Shown here: in pieces, positions 20,255 through 30,070 of the stretch | Layout: each line of letters begins with the position of its first letter | Numbering within the stretch: the stretch's first letter is position 1 | Source: Longimicrobiales bacterium | Lineage (GTDB): Bacteria; Gemmatimonadota; Gemmatimonadetes; Longimicrobiales; Gaopeijiaceae | Direction: 5' to 3' | DNA: 64,000 nt | NCBI GenBank assembly: GCA_963422615.1 | Contig: OY730414.1 | Location: forward strand, 186,001-250,000 | Made by a program: the position numbers and the translations under genes | The notes under the pieces: model-generated | The model's database searches: none | The model's input: the letters and a program-made list of their open reading frames with translations, nothing else | Told to the model about the DNA's origin: nothing

Positions 20255-20698
20255 TTACCGCCGGATCGTCAGAACAATGGCCCCGCCCGTAAAGCCCGTC
20301 CCGAAGCGAATCGTAGCGTCCGCCGCCGACATGAAGGAGATTCGTTCAACGGAATCAATGGGGATCTGGGCCAAATCCGATCGGGTTCCCCGGGGATGGC
20401 CGTCAACCACAACGCCAACCACCGGTTCGGGGTTCCCTGGGGTCCGGGCCGGGCGGGACCTGAGCCACTGGGGACGCAGCAGGGAAATCGCCTCCAGGGC
20501 GTCGTCAACGGATACGATGCTCAACTCTTCCCGAGTAATGTCCGAGCTCTGGAAGCTTGAAGAGCCGGCTGTACCCCCCGTACACGCAAGTCCAAGCCAA
20601 GAGACAAGAACAGCGACAAGCCACTTCCCCTCCAACCCGGACGGTCCCCGTCGTCCACCGACCCCGGTGACGACCCCGGACTTTGTCCACGCCATCAA
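20255..20698 (-). CDS. Small lipoprotein with TonB-receptor plug-like domain
   Basis: LGLAC lipobox; ITREEL...ISLLRPQWL...IERISF-like segment (VERISF)...ATIRFG...GGAI pattern. Confidence 0.6.
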   Translation of the reverse strand: MMAWTKSGVVTGVGGRRGPSGLEGKWLVAVLVSWLGLACTGGTAGSSSFQSSDITREELSIVSVDDALEAISLLRPQWLRSRPARTPGNPEPVVGVVVDGHPRGTRSDLAQIPIDSVERISFMSAADATIRFGTGFTGGAIVLTIRR

Positions 20699-20936
20699 AC
20701 TGTCGTTCCTTCAGCGCATGGGCTCAAAGCTCCCCCGGAACAAACGGCCCCGGACCGTCCCGGGCCCTTCCTGGCAGGGGGAGCGACTGGCATGGCTCCC
20801 AAATATAGGGGAAGGGCCAACTTAGAAGAAGGGCACACCCCGGGCAAGGAAAAACGGGAACGCGTCGGCCGACATACCCCCCCCCTGTGGTGGAACAAAG
20901 AGCCCGCCGGCGCCCCGTTTCGGAAAGCGGAAGGGC

Positions 20937-21872
20937 TCAGTAGACGTCCAGATCGGACGCGGACGCCACCGCACCTCCGTATCCAGCCTCCCTGATCTCC
21001 CGCACCAAATCCTCGTCGGAAGCGCCCCAATACAGCTGGTGGTACAGCACGAGCATTTGGGGCCGAGCCCGATTGGCGATTTCCGCCAGCTCCGTGGTCG
21101 AGGTGTGGGCGCGGTCGTGATATGCCTGCCACGGCGGAGGCCGGCCCTCGAAGGCAACCGCCGAGTAGACCTCGTGGACCAGAACGTCGCAACCATCGCA
21201 GGCAGCAACGATCGATTCGCTGGGCCGGGCGTCTCCGGAGATCACAATGGACCGGTTGGCGGTCTCGAACCGGTAGCCCAGAGGGTGAGGCCAGGATCCG
21301 TGGAAGACCGGAATCGCCGTGACCTTCACGTTTTCGTCTTCGTACACGAGCCCCCCCGTCGTCTCCGTCACAAACGCCTGGTAGGCGTCTCGGTTCGCCT
21401 CTCTGGGCTCCAAGCCGAAAAGACGCATGTGGATGTCTTCTTGCCACGCGGCCAGAACGTGGCCGACCATGGCTTCCGTTCCAGGTGGCCCGAAGACGCG
21501 GATCGGTTCCGGGCGGTCCAGGACCCACGGGGACAAAATGACATCGGGGAGCCCCGTGGTGTGATCGGAGTGAAGATGGGTGATGAAGAGCCGATCCAGG
21601 TGCTGGGGCAACAGCGCGTCAATTCCGTGTTCCCGTGCCGCCGCGGCGGCGCGACGAACGACCCCGGGGCCGGCGTCCACCAGATACGCCCTCCCGCCTG
21701 CGACCACGGCAACCGCGGGACCAGACCGCTCCGGATCGGCGTTGGGGGTGCCGGTTCCCAGGATCACCACCCGGCCCTCGGGATCCGGCGCCTCTTGCGC
21801 GGCGACGTCCGGAACTCCGGACGCCAAGACAACGACCCATACGCCCAGAAGGGACCCTGAAGTTCTCGTCAT
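20937..21872 (-). CDS. Secreted MBL-fold hydrolase (RNase Z/arylsulfatase-like)
   Basis: LGTGTP, VDAG, THLHSDH, SGD, HE, LYH; N-terminal signal peptide from ATG 21872. Confidence 0.8.
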   Translation of the reverse strand: MTRTSGSLLGVWVVVLASGVPDVAAQEAPDPEGRVVILGTGTPNADPERSGPAVAVVAGGRAYLVDAGPGVVRRAAAAAREHGIDALLPQHLDRLFITHLHSDHTTGLPDVILSPWVLDRPEPIRVFGPPGTEAMVGHVLAAWQEDIHMRLFGLEPREANRDAYQAFVTETTGGLVYEDENVKVTAIPVFHGSWPHPLGYRFETANRSIVISGDARPSESIVAACDGCDVLVHEVYSAVAFEGRPPPWQAYHDRAHTSTTELAEIANRARPQMLVLYHQLYWGASDEDLVREIREAGYGGAVASASDLDVY

Positions 21873-21998
21873 TTTGTTGCGCCCTCCGGGTTTGTCGGGC
21901 CCTCCGTCACTCCGGTCACCCTTGCCCAAATGCGCCTGCTCCCATACGCCGTCCAAAGCTAAAGACACCGGACTTCGAAAACCAAACTCGGGCATCCT

Positions 21999-23597
21999 TC
22001 AGAGGTAGGTGTCCGGCAGCATCCCGAAAACGTTCTCGATGATTTGGCGGGCGTGCGGGGGCACCCCTTCCAAAGACGACGGAATGTCCATCGCGCCGAT
22101 CTCCTCCACCACCCGCTTCAGGACCAGGGCCCCCGTCAGGTCGATTCGCCCCAAGCCGTCCAGGTGGATGACCACTCGGGCTACATCCCCTGCACCCATA
22201 AGCCGACCCATGAGGGCTTCTTCCAACCGAGGGGCGGACGCGAACCAGAGGATGCCCATGGCCTCCAGATGAAGGGTGTCGCCGTCCATCCAGCTGGCAA
22301 AGCCGGCCCGGCGCTCTCTCCAGACGTGGATCGCCAGGGACATCAGGATCCCGAGGAGGAGCGCTTGTTCGATCCGCGGCGCGAGAAGCAGGCAAAGGGC
22401 CAGGGTGAACCAGACGACCAGAGCCTGCACTTTGGACAGCGCCCAGACGGACACGAGCAAGCGAGGCCTGATGAGCCCCGCGACAGCGGCGATCACGATC
22501 CCGGCCAACACGGCCTTCGGAAGCGGGGACAGCAGCCCGGCAAAGGGCAGGAACATGAACACCGCGATGCCGGTGACCACCGCGGACCACCGGCTGACCG
22601 CGCCAAGCAGGTGGTTGAGGCTGCTTCGGGAGAAGGAGCCTTCAACCGGAAAGCCGCTGAACAAGCCAGCCACGATGTTGGACGCTCCCTGGGCCAAGAA
22701 CTCCCGGTCCGGGCTCCACCTGACCTGGTCCTGGCTTGCGAAGCTCCGCGCGATGGCCGTCGATTCGGCAAATCCGACCAGAGCGATCACGGCGCCGGGA
22801 AAAATCAGCTGGGGTACCAAGCGCCAGGGCAGGGCCAGGGTCAGGGGGGGCAGCGAACCCGGAACGTCCCCGACGACCGGGCCCGAATAGCCGGACCCGA
22901 GCGAGAAGGCGAGGCCTCCCAGGACGGCGAGGAGGGCGCCGGGAAGATGGATGTGGATTCTCCGGGCCAGGAGGGTCAAGGCGGCCGTCAAGGCCGTCAT
23001 CAACAGGGCCGCGTAGCTCCACGAGTCGGTGCTGCGGAGGACGGTCACCGTGGCCCTCACCAGGCCGTTGTCCGGGGATGAGACCATCCCGACGGCGGAG
23101 GGGAGCTGGGAGAGGAGGATCAGGATTGCCGCCCCGGACGTGAAACCCCGGAGGACGGGCTGGGACATGAGGTACGTAATCTTGCCGGCCTGGACGAAGC
23201 CGATGGCCACCCGGGTCAACCCGACGACCAGGGCCAGTATGGCGGCCGCTCCCGCGTACTCGGGGCTCCCGGGAACGGCGATGGAGACCAGGGCACCGTG
23301 GGTGAGGAGGGCGGTCAGAGCGACGGGGCCGGTCTGCAAGTAGGGGCACGACGCGAAAAGGCCCGCGGCGATCAGAGGCAGCGCCGAGGCGTAGAGCCCG
23401 TGAAAGCTGGGCAGGCCGGCCAGCTCCGCATAGGCCATGCTCTGGGGGATGACGAGGAGCGCGACGCTCAAGCCCGCGACCCCATCTCTCAAAGAAGGGC
23501 GACGTCGACCCCATCCGCCACTTCCGATGCCGGTTCCATTCCCGCCGGAGCCCTCGCTGGGGAACACATCGGGCCCGGGGGCGGACGAACGGGTCAA
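21999..23597 (-). CDS. SulP/SLC26 family anion permease with STAS domain
   Basis: DGVAGLSVALLVIPQSMAYAELAGL, GPVA, GSFSRS; C-terminal STAS (IDLTG). TTG start overlapping the upstream stop is inferred. Confidence 0.85.
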   Translation of the reverse strand: MTRSSAPGPDVFPSEGSGGNGTGIGSGGWGRRRPSLRDGVAGLSVALLVIPQSMAYAELAGLPSFHGLYASALPLIAAGLFASCPYLQTGPVALTALLTHGALVSIAVPGSPEYAGAAAILALVVGLTRVAIGFVQAGKITYLMSQPVLRGFTSGAAILILLSQLPSAVGMVSSPDNGLVRATVTVLRSTDSWSYAALLMTALTAALTLLARRIHIHLPGALLAVLGGLAFSLGSGYSGPVVGDVPGSLPPLTLALPWRLVPQLIFPGAVIALVGFAESTAIARSFASQDQVRWSPDREFLAQGASNIVAGLFSGFPVEGSFSRSSLNHLLGAVSRWSAVVTGIAVFMFLPFAGLLSPLPKAVLAGIVIAAVAGLIRPRLLVSVWALSKVQALVVWFTLALCLLLAPRIEQALLLGILMSLAIHVWRERRAGFASWMDGDTLHLEAMGILWFASAPRLEEALMGRLMGAGDVARVVIHLDGLGRIDLTGALVLKRVVEEIGAMDIPSSLEGVPPHARQIIENVFGMLPDTYL

Positions 23598-24550
23598 CGC
23601 GTTGCCTTTGCCGACGCGACGGCCGAGATCTGAACGTCTGCCGTCAGCTGGGAAAGAAGAGACGCAGACACCGCTGCCCGGGCGGACCACCACGCGGCAA
23701 TTCGCCCCGGGCCCTTGCCGGCAACCCGAGTACTCCACTCCCCTGCGTGCCGGGCGAGCCATGCCAGCGTTCCGGCGGGATCCTGGGCAAAGAATGCGGC
23801 GAGGACATACCGCCGTTCCCCTGCCCGGCACGCGAGTCCCAGTTCCCGGGAGAGCCGAACCAGGTCGTCGCGCAGAAGGATCATCCCGGACCGAACCGGG
23901 GCCAGCAGAGCCTGGACGAAGTCGTCTCCATTGTCCAGACGCGGATCCGGAAGCGCAGGAGCCGCCTGGAGCGCAGCAGGCAAGGCACTCGGGAACTCGG
24001 TTGCGTCTTCCAAGGCGTCCAGGGCCCTCCCTAGCAGCGCAGCCCACGCTTCGTAGTAGGGCGCGCCGCAGTCCTCAAAAGAAACCAGATACGGCCCGCG
24101 CCAGGAAGCCAGGTACTCCCAGACCAGGGTAACGCGAGCTTGGTTCAGCAATACGCTTCGAGCTTCGGAGGATTCTTCCCGGCACCACCGGTCCAGTCCG
24201 GCCAGCAATCCCAGCAGCGACGCAAGGTGATCCGGCTCGACGGCAACGCCGGCCCCGTCAACCCCGGCCCCGGGTGTCGCGCCGTCCTTCGGCTCGCCCC
24301 CGAAATCCCCTTGGCCTGGCGCAGGGAGCCCCAGCGCTCTCCGAAACCCCACAACCCGGTCTTGCACGTCCCCTCCCATCATGCCCGTAGGCCCCAGGTA
24401 GACCGAGGCGTAGGGATGACGCTGAAAGCGGACCACCGTTCCGTGCACAGCCGGGGCCGGTACCGGCGGCAGCCTCAAGGCCGCGGCAACGCGCCGATGC
24501 TCGGGTGCGGGAACCTCAATGAGGGAACCGAGGGCCCGGAAGAGCTCCAT
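23594..24550 (-). CDS. TorD/DmsD-family molybdoenzyme chaperone
   Basis: PYASVYL and EPDHLASLL motifs; directly downstream of the Mo enzyme gene. Confidence 0.75.
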   Translation of the reverse strand: MELFRALGSLIEVPAPEHRRVAAALRLPPVPAPAVHGTVVRFQRHPYASVYLGPTGMMGGDVQDRVVGFRRALGLPAPGQGDFGGEPKDGATPGAGVDGAGVAVEPDHLASLLGLLAGLDRWCREESSEARSVLLNQARVTLVWEYLASWRGPYLVSFEDCGAPYYEAWAALLGRALDALEDATEFPSALPAALQAAPALPDPRLDNGDDFVQALLAPVRSGMILLRDDLVRLSRELGLACRAGERRYVLAAFFAQDPAGTLAWLARHAGEWSTRVAGKGPGRIAAWWSARAAVSASLLSQLTADVQISAVASAKATR

Positions 24551-27550
24551 TCAGTCCGCACCGGCGCGTCCAGTTGTACCGCCCCGCCCCGGGGAGTCGG
24601 CCGCGCCCGAACGCGCCTCGGAGCCACCGCCCGCTCCGGAGGCCCCTTCCGCTTCCCCGTCGGGTAGCCGGTATGCGTCCCTTTCCGGCCTGACCGGTCG
24701 GAGAAGCCAGTAGGGACGCCGCGTTCCGTCGGGCGAATGAAGGTTGGCAGGACGGGTCAGCTCCAGCCACTGGCGAAAGACTCGCCGGGATTCGGCGGTG
24801 TCGACGGCAATGTCCCCGTATCCGTCCCCAGGGCCCGCCCGCCGTACCCGGACCGCTTGGTGCCAGCAGTGCGCCCCCGAAACGGGATCGGGCTGGACGG
24901 CGAAGGTCATGTTCTGATGAACCCCCACATCCGTCCACCAAATGCGGGATGTGTCGGGGTCGGACGAACGGAAGGGACCGGGTTCGCGCTTCCGTTCCAT
25001 CTCCCAATTGGCACCTTCACGATTCAGCGAAACCGTCGCCATTGCTTGCCGAGGCCCGTCTCCGGTCTTCCATCGGCCCATGTGATGGGAGCAGGCGACG
25101 ACTCCCGGGTGAATTCCCTCCGTGACCCAAGCCTTCACAACGAAATGGCCGATTCGGGTCTCGACCCGGACCAAGTCCCCGGTCCCCACACCCAGTCGTG
25201 CGGCGTCCTTCGGGTGCAACCAGAGCGGGTTGGTATGCGCGATCTCGTTCAGCCACTTGGCGTTGGCACTTCGGGTGTGAATCTGTACCGGGAGGCGGAA
25301 GGTGGAAATCAGGCACATTTGGTCCCGGTCCATGTACTGTCGGTGTACGTGGCTTCGGGCGTAGGCCGGCACAGCCTGTTCCGGCCACCCCCACTCCGCC
25401 AGGGTCCGAGACCAGAACTCCAGCCGTCCGGAAGGGGTGGGGAAGCCCCGGCGGATGACCCCGTCCATTTCGACCCCCACGCGCCGACGTCCTTTTCCGT
25501 CCCCGTCCAGGAGCGGCAGCGGAACGACGTTGTTCAAGGGCGGCTTTGGCGCCCGAGTGAAGGCCCGGCCCGCCCGGTCTACGTGGACATCGTGGAGCTC
25601 CGCCTCCGGCACCCGGGCCTCGTGAACCTCCCCCACCTTGCTCTCGATCTCGAAGGCCCCGTAGCGGCGCATGTACTCCAAGGGTGTCAGCCCCTCTCGG
25701 GCCGCTCGTTCCGGAAGGCCGGGGACCGAGTTTTCGAACATCCATCCGTAATACTCATCCACGGTCAGCTTCTCCCCGGGTCGCTTCCGGGACTCGAAGA
25801 AACCCCGGATCCCCCGGGAACCATCGGGATCGATTCGCCAGGTCAGCTCGATCCAGAACTCGTTCTCTTCCCACACTTCGCCGGGCGTCACCTCCCGGGT
25901 GGAATTCACGTCCTCCCCCAGGCGCTCCCGGGCCGTTCGGAGGACCGGCTGGCGAAAGCCGATCCACCGTCCGTCATACTGCTCGTAGGACGTAACGTCG
26001 TGGCGCTCCGACGAATGACCCATGGGAAGCACATAGTCCGCCAAGAAGGCGGTCTCGTTCCAGGTGGGCGTCAGGGCGACGTGGAGCCCGATCCGGTCCG
26101 GATCCAAGAGCATCTCGATCCAGGAGAAACCGTCCGGATTCGTCCAGACGGGGTTGTAGACCCGGGTGAAGTAGACATCCAGGAAGCCACCCCTCTCTGC
26201 CGTGAGGTGGGGGAGGAGAAACGACATCTCCATGAGGCTCAAGGGGTAGTCGGCGGGCCAAGTGAGTCCGTTCCATCGCTTCGGGTGCCTGGCAGGCAGG
26301 CGGATCGGCCTGGGAACATACTTGTTCCACGAGTTGGGGTAGGTACCGCCGGGGACGGCTACGGCGCCCATCAGGGCGTTCAGGAGGAAAAGGGCCCGCG
26401 GTACCTGCCAGCCGCCCAGATTTCCGGCGGCCGCGCTCCGCCAGTTGTGGGTGGAGAGCCGGGTCCCCGCCCCCGCGACGGTTTCCGCCACCTCCTCCAG
26501 GGTGGGAACCGACACCCCGCTTTCTGCGGCGGCAAAAGCGAAGGTGTAGTCCGCATAGAGAGACCGAAGGACGCGCTGAAAGGCCTCGAAGGTTGGAGGA
26601 TGGGACGGGTGATTTTCCTCCATGTACTCCCGCCAGTTCCACCAGCGTTTCACGAAGACCTTGTTGTACCGCTCCGCCCGGATCAGGTGGTTGGCGATCG
26701 CCAGCAGCACCGCCGCTTCGGACCCGGGGTAGGTGGAGAGCCAGTGATCCGCATGGGTCGCCGTGTTGGAAAGGCGCGTGTCGAAAACGATGAGCTTGGC
26801 GCCCTTTTTCTTGCCCTCCATCACCCGCTGGGCGTGAGGGTTGAAGTAGTGCCCCGCTTCCAGGTGGCTGCTCACCAGAAGGATTACGCGGGCATTCGCG
26901 TGATCGGGACTGGGCCGGTCCATCCCCATCCAGAAGTGGTACCCGGCGCGGGCCCCCGAGGAACAAATGTTTGTATGAGAATTGTGGCCGTCCACCCCCC
27001 AGGCCGCCAGGATTCGCTCCGTAAAGCCGTCCTCCCCGGGTCGGCCCACGTGGTACATGATCTCCCGGTGTCGGTCCTCGTCCAGCGCCTTCCTGATCCT
27101 GGACGCGATGTCGTCCAGGGCCTCGTCCCAGCCGACGCGTTCCCACTTCCCGTCCCCCCGAGCCCCGACCCGCTTCAAGGGGTGGAGGATTCGGTCGGGG
27201 TCCGTGAGCTGGGTGACGGTCGCCGGACCCTTGGCGCAGTTTCGCCCCCGGGAACCCGGGTGCTCGGGATTGCCCTCGAACTTGCGCACTTCCAGGGTGT
27301 CGCGGTCGACGTAGGCCAGGAGGCCGCAGGCCGACTCGCAGTTGAAGCACGTGGTCGGGACCAACATGTAGCGGCGCTCAACCCGATCGGGCCACGCCTT
27401 CGAATCCAGCTCCACCCAGTCGCTCCAGCGCTCCCTGGGCGGATACGCCGCCAAATGGATCCGGCTTGCCCCTGGGTAGAAGGTTTCGCCCCGGGCCTCC
27501 ACCTCCGCCCGGGCCGCAGAGACGCGCGCGTTGAGGTCCTCAAGGGTCAT
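24551..27550 (-). CDS. Molybdopterin (bis-MGD) oxidoreductase catalytic subunit, DMSO reductase family
   Basis: CFNCESAC...NCAKG 4Fe-4S motif, DPDRILHPLKR, SHTNICS, ETAFLADYVLP, TPSGRLEF, HPKDAARLGV. Confidence 0.9.
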   Translation of the reverse strand: MTLEDLNARVSAARAEVEARGETFYPGASRIHLAAYPPRERWSDWVELDSKAWPDRVERRYMLVPTTCFNCESACGLLAYVDRDTLEVRKFEGNPEHPGSRGRNCAKGPATVTQLTDPDRILHPLKRVGARGDGKWERVGWDEALDDIASRIRKALDEDRHREIMYHVGRPGEDGFTERILAAWGVDGHNSHTNICSSGARAGYHFWMGMDRPSPDHANARVILLVSSHLEAGHYFNPHAQRVMEGKKKGAKLIVFDTRLSNTATHADHWLSTYPGSEAAVLLAIANHLIRAERYNKVFVKRWWNWREYMEENHPSHPPTFEAFQRVLRSLYADYTFAFAAAESGVSVPTLEEVAETVAGAGTRLSTHNWRSAAAGNLGGWQVPRALFLLNALMGAVAVPGGTYPNSWNKYVPRPIRLPARHPKRWNGLTWPADYPLSLMEMSFLLPHLTAERGGFLDVYFTRVYNPVWTNPDGFSWIEMLLDPDRIGLHVALTPTWNETAFLADYVLPMGHSSERHDVTSYEQYDGRWIGFRQPVLRTARERLGEDVNSTREVTPGEVWEENEFWIELTWRIDPDGSRGIRGFFESRKRPGEKLTVDEYYGWMFENSVPGLPERAAREGLTPLEYMRRYGAFEIESKVGEVHEARVPEAELHDVHVDRAGRAFTRAPKPPLNNVVPLPLLDGDGKGRRRVGVEMDGVIRRGFPTPSGRLEFWSRTLAEWGWPEQAVPAYARSHVHRQYMDRDQMCLISTFRLPVQIHTRSANAKWLNEIAHTNPLWLHPKDAARLGVGTGDLVRVETRIGHFVVKAWVTEGIHPGVVACSHHMGRWKTGDGPRQAMATVSLNREGANWEMERKREPGPFRSSDPDTSRIWWTDVGVHQNMTFAVQPDPVSGAHCWHQAVRVRRAGPGDGYGDIAVDTAESRRVFRQWLELTRPANLHSPDGTRRPYWLLRPVRPERDAYRLPDGEAEGASGAGGGSEARSGAADSPGRGGTTGRAGAD

Positions 27551-27661
27551 GGAGCAGGTCTCGTGGTTCGGTTGTTGAAACGGCCAGACGGGTGGTAGCG
27601 GACACGACCGGACGGGTTGGGTCCCCCGGACGTGCCCCGACGCGGCGGGTTGCCGGGTCCG

Positions 27662-29305
27662 TCATGCCAGGGGGACCGACTGGCCGGCCTGAACGTAGGC
27701 GTGTTCGTAGGCCAGGAGACCCAAGAGGGCGATGGGAACCACGGGCCACCCGAGCCACGGGGCGGCCACGCCCACAATGGCTCCGAAGGCACCCAGGCGG
27801 AACCAGACCCGGAAACGCCCGTGCACCATCTCCCGTTCCGCCAGCTGGGCGTGGGCGGTGGGCGCAGGCATCAGAACCTCTCCCGCCACCATGAGAACGT
27901 GGGCCGCACTCCCCACGGCAAAGACGTTCATGGCCCCCGTGAACGCCGGGTTGGGCGCCTGGAGGGCAAGGGCCGCGAGGGCGGTTACGCCGGCGCCGGC
28001 AACCAGGGCCTGGACAAGAAAGTGGGCAGGCAACAGCGGGTTCTGCCACATGTCCCGGGCCTTGGCCTGGCCGAAGAGGAACGCGGTATACGCCGCGGTG
28101 AGGACAGCCAGGACGCCCCCCAACCAGCCAAGCCAGGGGGGGGGTGGGGAGGGGTCCCCGCCCATGACGAAATGCGCCGCCAGCACGGCTCCGTAGGCCC
28201 CGATGATGAACCCGCCACGGACCAGCCAGCTCCGCCACTGGGGCCGCTTGAAGATCAGGAGGAACCGCTCCGGGTGTTCCAAGTCCCAGATCAGAAGGGC
28301 ACCTGTGACGGCCAGAAAAACCGCTGCCACGACCGGGGCCGCCCACCGCCAAAGGGGTCCGTCCGCCCCGAGCGGGCCGACGGTGACCAGAAGGAGTGGG
28401 ACGAGGTAAGCACCCGCCGCAATGGACTTGGTCCAAGTGTAAAGAGAAACCCGGAAGTCCCAAGGAGCCCGACGAGGGATATCGTAGCTGAGCACGGCGG
28501 CGGCCGAAGAGTTCCACGGCCCGGTAGCGGCGCTTTCGGAACGGGTACCCGGTGTTGCTCCCCGACGTGGCCTCCCCGGGAGATTCCCGTTCCCCTGCTC
28601 ACTCCACATGAAGAGTCCGCCGTCCGGACGCCGGGCAGCCAGCGGATCCAGCGTGGCTTGGTCGGCGCCTTTGTAGAAGAGCTTCGGCCTGGTTTCCTTC
28701 TCGGGGCGGCGAACCGTGACCGGATCCCGGTTGATGATCCGGGCCACTTCCGACGCCGGGTCGTTCATGTCGCCCACAAGGAGGGCCTCGGTGGGGCAGA
28801 CCACGACGCAGGCGGGCTCCAGCCCGATGTCGATCCGATGCGCGCAGAAGTTGCACTTCTCGGCCGAATGGTCATCGGGATTGATGAAGATCGCGTCGTA
28901 GGGACAGGCCGCGATGCAGGCCTTGCAGCCGATGCAGGCGCTCTTGTCGAAGTCCACGATGCCGTCGGCCCGCTTGAACATGGCGGACGTGGGACAGGCT
29001 TCCACACAGGGCGGCGCCTCGCACTGGTTGCACCGGGTCACCTGGAAGGAACGGCGGGCCTCGGGGAAGAACCCGGCATCCACGTATTTCACGTAGGTAC
29101 GGGTGACCGAGAGGGGGACCTCGTTCTCCGACTTGCAAGCGGTGGTGCAGGCGTGGCAACCGATGCAGCGGGTATGGTCGACCACCTTGGCCCAGGAGGG
29201 ACGAGGGGGACCTTCTACGGATTCACGGTCGGAAGGCACAAAGGGAACGGGTCGCAGGGCGCTCGTGTCGGCGGGGTGGTTGGGCGGAGGGCGGGCGACG
29301 GCCAC
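27662..29305 (-). CDS. 4x[4Fe-4S] ferredoxin subunit fused to NrfD/PsrC-type membrane anchor
   Basis: CIGCHACTTAC, CNQCEAPPCVEACP, CIGCKACIAACP, CNFC...ACVVVCP, followed by multi-TM region with DLEHPERF and RSWLVRG. Start uncertain. Confidence 0.85.
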   Translation of the reverse strand: MAVARPPPNHPADTSALRPVPFVPSDRESVEGPPRPSWAKVVDHTRCIGCHACTTACKSENEVPLSVTRTYVKYVDAGFFPEARRSFQVTRCNQCEAPPCVEACPTSAMFKRADGIVDFDKSACIGCKACIAACPYDAIFINPDDHSAEKCNFCAHRIDIGLEPACVVVCPTEALLVGDMNDPASEVARIINRDPVTVRRPEKETRPKLFYKGADQATLDPLAARRPDGGLFMWSEQGNGNLPGRPRRGATPGTRSESAATGPWNSSAAAVLSYDIPRRAPWDFRVSLYTWTKSIAAGAYLVPLLLVTVGPLGADGPLWRWAAPVVAAVFLAVTGALLIWDLEHPERFLLIFKRPQWRSWLVRGGFIIGAYGAVLAAHFVMGGDPSPPPPWLGWLGGVLAVLTAAYTAFLFGQAKARDMWQNPLLPAHFLVQALVAGAGVTALAALALQAPNPAFTGAMNVFAVGSAAHVLMVAGEVLMPAPTAHAQLAEREMVHGRFRVWFRLGAFGAIVGVAAPWLGWPVVPIALLGLLAYEHAYVQAGQSVPLA

Positions 29306-29551
29306 AACGCCCGAAAACGCCCGTATCCCTAATCCCTAATCTACGATAAGGTAAAGGGGAAGGTTGAGGGAACAGACGCGATCCGGTGCGGAAAGGCCGA
29401 CCGAGCGAAGAACACCCCTCACGATGCGCCGGAATCGGCTATATTCTTTGTCACGTTGCGTATCACCAAGCCGGAACCAACCGATTCTCCTCGTCGGGAT
29501 CCCATTCAATCTGGGTATCCCTTGCTGACCCTTTCCCAGGAAAGCTCCGAC

Positions 29552-29935
29552 ATGACAAGGCTCCTCACCAACCGGCACGTAGCGATCCTCTTCCTCGCCT
29601 CCATGGGGAGTGCCTGCGCCAGCGCTCCTTCCGGCCCGCCGCCCTTCGATCCCGTGGGAACCTACGAGTACAGCGCGGCCGTAGAAGGGATGACCGCCAC
29701 CGGATCCATGACCATTGAGGGCAGCCCGGGCGCATACCGGGGTACGATCACCAGCCACATGTTCCCGACCCTCCGCATCCGTTCGGTCACGGTGACGGAG
29801 CAAGTTGTCACGATCGCGGCTTCCGGACCCGAGGGGCCCCTCACCCTGGAGTTCACGATGACGGATGGTACTTTCGACGGAAGTTGGACCCTGGCCGATA
29901 TGAGCGGCAGATTCTCGGGGACCAAGACGAGCTGA
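29552..29935 (+). CDS. Hypothetical beta-rich lipoprotein
   Basis: Hydrophobic N-terminus ending in GSAC; aggaaa upstream of ATG 29552. Confidence 0.55.
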   Translation: MTRLLTNRHVAILFLASMGSACASAPSGPPPFDPVGTYEYSAAVEGMTATGSMTIEGSPGAYRGTITSHMFPTLRIRSVTVTEQVVTIAASGPEGPLTLEFTMTDGTFDGSWTLADMSGRFSGTKTS

Positions 29936-30070
29936 AGCGGCTACCGGGCAACCCCGATCCCCGCGGAAGGCGGGCGGCGATCGGTTCGGATCCCAGCCCG
30001 GACCGAACGGGAGGCCCGATCAACGGCCAGGCGCCTCCGATGTCGACTTGGGACAGGTCCGGACCCTAGA

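Noticed and set aside
27540..27665. 41-aa minus-strand ORF between the NrfD and Mo-enzyme genes
   Set aside because: Has an ATGA overlap but low-information sequence and no motif; likely chance.
24737..29332. Long + strand ORFs (953 aa and 571 aa)
   Set aside because: Antisense shadows of the Mo-enzyme and NrfD genes; no motifs, and expected in high-GC DNA.
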